64,000 nucleotides of DNA from Eledone cirrhosa (Eukaryota). The DNA lies in NCBI GenBank assembly GCA_964016885.1, contig OZ024743.1, positions 324,012,001 through 324,076,000 on the forward strand, in the 5' to 3' direction. Every line of letters starts with the position of its first letter. The first letter of the stretch is position 1. The notes below the pieces were generated by a model. It did no database searches. It saw only the letters and a program-made list of their open reading frames with translations, and was not told where the DNA came from. The translations under genes were made by a program, and so were the position numbers. Below are positions 57,933-64,000 of this stretch, piece by piece.

Positions 57933-58226
57933 ATATATCTATCTATCTACCTACCTATCATTCTATCTTTCTATCTACCAAACATCAATAAGAAAAGTAA
58001 TAAACCAATACTTTCTAGTGAAAAGTCCTTGTGATTTTTGTTCAATCCCTTGTCCTTGTTGCCATTGTCAATGAAGTGAACCAATGATTGTTCCACTGGA
58101 GACCTTTCATCTAAAATATTATTCTTCCACAAATACAATATAATATGAGTTGGCTGATACTGCCTCAAAATATTTCATCCAACCCACGCCAGCATGGTAA
58201 CAAAAACATTGAGGATTATCAAGGCT

Positions 58227-58551
58227 ATGATGATGGCAGTGGTGGTGGTGATGATGATGATGATGATGATGGCAGTGGTGGTGGTGGTGATGATGATGAT
58301 GATGGCAGTGGTGGTGGTGATGATGATGATGATGATGGTGGTGGTGATGATGGCAGTGATGGTGATGATGGCATTGGTGGTGCTGGTGATTGTGGTGATG
58401 GTGGTAGTTTTGATGGCATGGGTGGTGCTGGTGCTGCTGCTAGTGATTGTGGTGATGGTGGTCGTGGTGGTCGTGTTGATGGCAGTGATGGTAGTGGTGG
58501 TGGTGGTGATGTTGACAATAGGTTGAAGATTAGGGTGATGATGGTGATGAT
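58227..58551. repeat. (GAT/GGT)n trinucleotide repeat
   Basis: Read directly from the sequence. Confidence 0.92.
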
Positions 58552-59677
58552 ACCTATTTCAAAAGACATTTTCTTCTAATGCAGTTACATTGTTGCTAGC
58601 CTTAAGTAGAAACTAAAAACATATACATAAATCACACACAACAACATCAATGTAATTATTTTGTTTTCGTCTGGATGGAAAATTTCCTAAAAGTAAATTC
58701 ATCCATTTAACATCTACTAAATTTTCAAAGAGCTTTGTCCTTTGTTCCATCATTGTCATCGTCATTATTGCTATCAGCATCCTCAGCATTATGTTTGTCA
58801 TTGTTTTTATCATCACTGCTATTGTCAGCATTGTTATCATCATGTTTCAATTAATTTTGAAAATATTCAAGAATTTGTAAGGATTCAATAATATAACTAT
58901 CTTCAGCTAATTATTAAGATGATTTTTTCATCCTTACTGGGTCGATAAAATAAAGTAACAGTAATACACTGTGATAATTGCTGGTCTTGTGCCAAAAGTA
59001 GAAACAATTATTAAGATGATTTTTGGAACATAACTTAAAGATGCAAGGATTTAGATGAATATAAAGATGTTAATGCTTTCGTTACTATATTTCTAAAGAT
59101 ACTGACTATGATTATCAATAAATTTAAAAAAAACAAGAATTTGGAAAGATTTAGTAACATAACAGATTGTCTTATTATTAAGCTGGTGTTTAGAAAATAA
59201 TAAAAGTTATTAAATAAAATTATGAAGGAAGGTTTTTACATATGAACACTAAAACAAATAGCTTTATATGATTGAATAAGAGACAATTTCATGTGGTTTA
59301 TTATCAAAAAGGTTTAGTTGGAAAAGAAGGGCAGTGTCCATGACACTTTTCAGGGTTTCTGAGTGGGCAGGGTGGGTGAAGAGGAAGTTATTTTCAGTTC
59401 AGAGACCTAGCCCAAATGCTTGCACCAGAGTCAACACGGCTAAAGGTACTCAAGAACCAGGCAACAGATTAAGTTTATCACTCAAGGACCATGTATTTCT
59501 CTTCATCATCATCATTGTTTAACATCAATTTTTCCACGCTGGCATAGGTTAGATGAATTATCATGTTTTGAACACTGATAGGTCAGCTGACCATGTCATG
59601 CTCATACAAAACCGATTTGAGCTTGATTTCTACAGCTGGATGTCCTTCTTAGCGCTAACCTCATTTACAGCGAGTAT

Positions 59678-60997
59678 TGGGTGCTTTTTGTCGTGATGCC
59701 TACAGGATCACTTTACAGTGTGGACTGGGTTCTTTTTGTCATGATGCCTACAGGATCACTTTACAGTGTGGACTGGGTTCTTTTTGTCGTAATGCCTACA
59801 GGATCACTTTACAGTGTGGACTGGGTTCTTTTTGTCGTGATGCCTACAGGATCACTTTACAGTGTGGACTGGGTTCTTTTTGTCATGATGCCTACAGGAT
59901 CACTTTACAGTGTGGACTGGGTTCTTTTTGTCATGATGCCTACAGGATCACTTTACAGTGTGGACTGGGTTCTTTTTGTCGTAATGCCTACAGGATCACT
60001 TTACAGTGTGGACTGGGTTCTTTTTGTCGTAATGCCTACAGGATCACTTTACAGTGTGGACTGGGTTCTTTTTGTCGTAATGCCTACAGGATCACTTTAC
60101 AGTGTGGACTGGGTTCTTTTTGTCATGATGCCTACAGGATCACTTTACAGTGTGGACTGGGTTCTTTTTGTCGTAATGCCTACAGGATCACTTTACAGTG
60201 TGGACTGGGTTCTTTTTGTCGTGATGCCTACAGGATCACTTTACAGTGTGGACTGGGTTCTTTTTGTCGTGATGCCTACAGGATCACTTTACAGTGTGGA
60301 CTGGGTTCTTTTTGTCATGATGCCTACAGGATCACTTTACAGTGTGGACTGGGTTCTTTTTGTCGTAATGCCTACAGGATCACTTTACAGTGTGGACTGG
60401 GTTCTTTTTGTCGTGATGCCTACAGGATCACTTTACAGTGTGGACTGGGTTCTTTTTGTCGTGATGCCTACAGGATCACTTTACAGTGTGGACTGGGTTC
60501 TTTTTGTCATGATGCCTACAGGATCACTTTACAGTGTGGACTGGGTTCTTTTTGTCGTGATGCCTACAGGATCACTTTACAGTGTGGACTGGGTTCTTTT
60601 TGTCGTGATGCCTACAGGATCACTTTACAGTGTGGACTGGGTTCTTTTTGTCGTAATGCCTACAGGATCACTTTACAGTGTGGACTGGGTTCTTTTTGTC
60701 GTGATGCCTACAGGATCACTTTACAGTGTGGACTGGGTTCTTTTTGTCGTGATGCCTACAGGATCACTTTACAGTGTGGACTGGGTTCTTTTTGTCGTGA
60801 TGCCTACAGGATCACTTTACAGTGTGGACTGGGTTCTTTTTGTCGTGATGCCTACAGGATCACTTTACAGTGTGGACTGGGTTCTTTTTGTCATGATGCC
60901 TACAGGATCACTTTACAGTGTGGACTGGGTTCTTTTTGTCATGATGCCTACAGGATCACTTTACAGTGTGGACTGGGTGCTTTTTGCCATGACACCT
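59678..60997. repeat. 48-bp tandem minisatellite, about 27 copies, inside an RTE 3'UTR fragment (59503-61000, minus)
   Basis: Unit tgcctacaggatcactttacagtgtggactgggttctttttgtcgtga; preceded by RTE UTR motifs and the (ATC)n tail. Confidence 0.96.
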
Positions 60998-61089
60998 AGT
61001 GTGGGCTAGTAGTTTTTTTCTCTCAGTTCACTTATCCTATGTTGTTCATCATCATCATTTAACATCCATCTTCCATGCTAGCATGGGTA

Positions 61090-61900
61090 TGTACACTAAC
61101 ATTACACATCCACCAAAACATATTCATTTCATTTCTTTCCAACATTCACAGTCTTCTGCAGTCAAGACCCAAGTCTTACTGCCATGTAGCATTGCACAGG
61201 TATCATGTAGTCTACCATTCACACAAAGAGAGAAGCCCTTAATTGTTATCAGTAGTACTATCTCCCTGAACTTATATCTTATTCTTACTCTGGCTACATC
61301 ACTTTCAGAGCAACTTCCCCACTGCTGATTATATTACTTAGTAACAAAAATTGTCCTCAACTTCTAAAGAGGCTACCAAGCACTTAGGGAATCTATTTCA
61401 TGTATGTTTTTCGTAATTATTTCTCCTTTACATCTGCCATATACAAAGTCTATTTTCTCCTTTAACCTGCCTAGAATTCAACTACTTCTTTTGTGTATCC
61501 AATGATTACAATGTGTGCACCTTTTGGAGTTTCTGCCCATCCCCCTTCAGTAGATCATTTTTCTGACAGTATGAACTTCCTGTATTCTTTCCTACTAATT
61601 AGAACTTTAGTGTTTGCCAAATTTATCTTTAGGTTTTTCAATTTTAGATTTTTTTTCCTTATCTGAAATTTTGCCTCCATGGATTCACCTTTAAGGACTA
61701 CATCATCAGGAACTCCCATGGACCTGAAAACAGTGATAAACAGAAGTAGACAGATGACTGAGCCCTGGAGGACCCCTACCTGCACTTCAAATTTATCACT
61801 GTACTCATTGCTAACCCTCACTATGCTGGTTGCACCTCTATATATAGCTCCTTTAACATTCACCAGATTACAGAGCAGGGAACCCTAGGACCTTGTCAAA
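61090..61900 (-). mobile_element. Old RTE RT fragment
   Basis: YRGATSIVRVSNEYSDKFEVQVGVLQGSV..KINLANTKVL. Confidence 0.8.
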
Positions 61901-61984
61901 TATATATATACATGGATCAAAGGGTCCAACCCATGCCAGCATGGAACATGATGTAAAAGGATGACAATGATGTATATTTGATAG

Positions 61985-62310
61985 ATGTAAAATGTTAATG
62001 TGTGAAAGACAAAGCATAAATGAACTGAGAGAAAAGCTAGATATAAGAGGAATCAAATGTAGTGTGCAGGAGAGAAAACTGAGCATATGGATGATGATCA
62101 TTGAGTGATGAAGTGCCAAGAAATCTCAGTGGAAGGGAGCTACAGTAGAGTGGGAGGTGGGCAAGGAAGACCTGGGCAGAATTTGAGAGATCTCATCTCA
62201 AATAACTGAATCTCACAGTCAAATTGTCAAAGGACTGCAATGAATGGGTGGGTGGTGTGCTGGAAAAGACCTGTCCAACACATGCAAGCATGCAAAAACA
62301 GACATATGAT
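61985..62310 (+). mobile_element. Old RTE 3' fragment
   Basis: gaaagacaaagcataaatgaactgagagaaaag..ataagaggaatcaaatg matches 23920-23990. Confidence 0.7.
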
Positions 62311-62757
62311 GGTGTGTGTGTGTGGGGGGGGGGAAGATACAGGACAGTGTAAATAAACCAACACATATACACACATGTTTGAGTGTTTGTATGTGTGTGT
62401 GTAATGAGAAGACACCATAGCAGGTATAATGTGTTGTCAACAACAGACATATTACAATGTTTGCTAGATCAGGGAGAGCCATTATTGTTATTTAAGCTGT
62501 ACACTGTATTTATTTTGTAATTCTCTGATGTTACATTACTACTATTGTTTTCGTATTTTACCTATAATTTTGTCTTTGTAATTGCTCTTGATGGGCCAAG
62601 CCAGCTTGTCTTTCTTTTGTATCGTTGTTTGCCTGAACAAAAGCTGTTTATTCTTCTTACTTTACTCTGTAATGTAGTGTAACCAGAGTAGTTTACACAC
62701 CAAGGTTTTTCTTTCTACAACTATCACAACTAATTGAGTAAGAAAGATGTGCATGCC

Positions 62758-62808
<51 letters not shown>

Positions 62809-63081
62809 GAGAGGTATAGAGATTGTTTTAGCGAGAAGCTAACAGCATTCTATAACATATATGCGACTATAACGTCAAGATGGGAAAAGTAGTTAACGTA
62901 TATATATATATATATGTGTACTGTGTGTGTCCCCCAGTTTTTAGAATAGGTGCAAGAACAACTAAAAGATATGGCCTCAGGAAGGGCATGAGGCTATAAA
63001 ACATTGCCTTAAAATATCCCATTAAAATCATACCAGCATGGAAAAGTAGACATAAAAACGATGATGATGATGATGATGATG

Positions 63082-63114
<33 letters not shown>

Positions 63115-63118
<4 letters not shown>

Positions 63119-63815
63119 CCGTATGGCCTCCGTTTATTTTTGGGATTCGAAACCGATCGGTAAAGGTAACTATAGTAGGTAAATACTCTTTTACACTCTT
63201 TTACCTGTTTCAGCCATCCGGCTGAGGCCATGCTGGGGCACCGCCCTTGCCAGTCAATTTTTTAAAATTTTTTAAAAATTAAAAAAATTTTTTAAAATTT
63301 ATTTTGAAACTTTTTCATTATTTGCTAAACCTTGTTTATATATGTTCTGGCTCGTTAATTTATTAACCTGCCATTGAACCACATTGGCATTTGGTTGGAC
63401 AATACATGCGTCCCTTAGCGCCTTGTGCGTGAAGGAACACATATCCTATTATTACTATTCTCCTCTATTGTTGAGAAGCAAATTTGGTCGTTCCGACTGC
63501 TGCTAGTGATAGTTGCAGCCGGTTGACCTACCTCCCTCTGCCTCTATCTTTACTTCGGCCCTTGAAAAAATTGATTCCACTTCATTCACTCTCATCTCGG
63601 GAATAGTTTTGGATAGCGCTAGTTCATAATTTAAATTCAAGAATTTTATATTCTTCAAATGAAAAGAACCTTCTGACGAGAATCTTTCTTTGCAACGAAG
63701 GCCGTATGGCCTCCGTTTATTTTTGGGATTCGAAACCGATCGGTAAAGGTAACTATAGTAGGTAAAGTCAATTTTTTTAAATTTATTTTGAAACTTTCAT
63801 TATTTGCTAAACCTT

Positions 63816-63822
<7 letters not shown>
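63115..63822 (+). mobile_element. Partial tandem hammerhead-bearing repeat (pLTR/retrozyme-like, about 1.25 units) in (TA)n
   Basis: 63115-63342 is repeated at 63698-63822; the first copy is interrupted by a SINE tail (about 63184-63251). Confidence 0.75.
63668..63750 (+). ncRNA. Type I hammerhead ribozyme, intact core
   Basis: ACCUU-CUGACGA (63673-63679); stem II GAAUC/GAUUC; GAAAC-CGAUCG-GUA; AAGGU closes stem I. Confidence 0.85.
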
Positions 63823-63850
<28 letters not shown>

Positions 63851-64000
63851 GAGAGAGAGTAGTGTAGTTAATACTAAGCATTGTGAGATATATAGTAAAT
63901 GACTAAGTTTTTTAAAAGCTGGTACAATGCAGTAGAGAATATGAAGAGCAAACGATGATAAATGAAACAAAACAAAAAGTAAAGTAATGTTTTACCCAGT

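Noticed and set aside
58145-58579. Gly/Asp-rich or Pro/Ser-rich protein
   Set aside because: Trinucleotide microsatellite open in several frames, with no splice or domain support
59677-61009. Two 440-aa repeat ORFs
   Set aside because: By-products of a 48-bp unit derived from the antisense RTE 3'UTR

Overview
This is repeat-dominated eukaryotic DNA; the SINE, RTE and Penelope content suggests a cephalopod (Octopus-like), which is an inference. No intact host gene is supportable, and most ORF-track entries are (TA)n/(CA)n translation artefacts. The window holds multi-kb (TA)n/TACA/TACATG microsatellite fields, RTE-clade LINEs and their partner tRNA-SINEs, two Naiad-type Penelope-like elements (RT + GIY-YIG), a CRE-clade fragment nested in TTAA-type MITEs, Tx1/L1 remnants, and 84-, 178- and 48-bp satellites. 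The main signal is a 3.6-kb array of about 12 near-identical 311-bp units (7351-10983). Each unit carries a type I hammerhead ribozyme, and the array is arranged as two divergent arms inside (TA)n. It is a candidate circular-RNA retrozyme. It sits among at least six other hammerhead-bearing, TA-embedded inserts, several with the same inverted, 3'-ends-outward layout as the Naiad element at 51.5-56.3 kb. Hammerheads were folded by eye; none has been tested computationally or biochemically.
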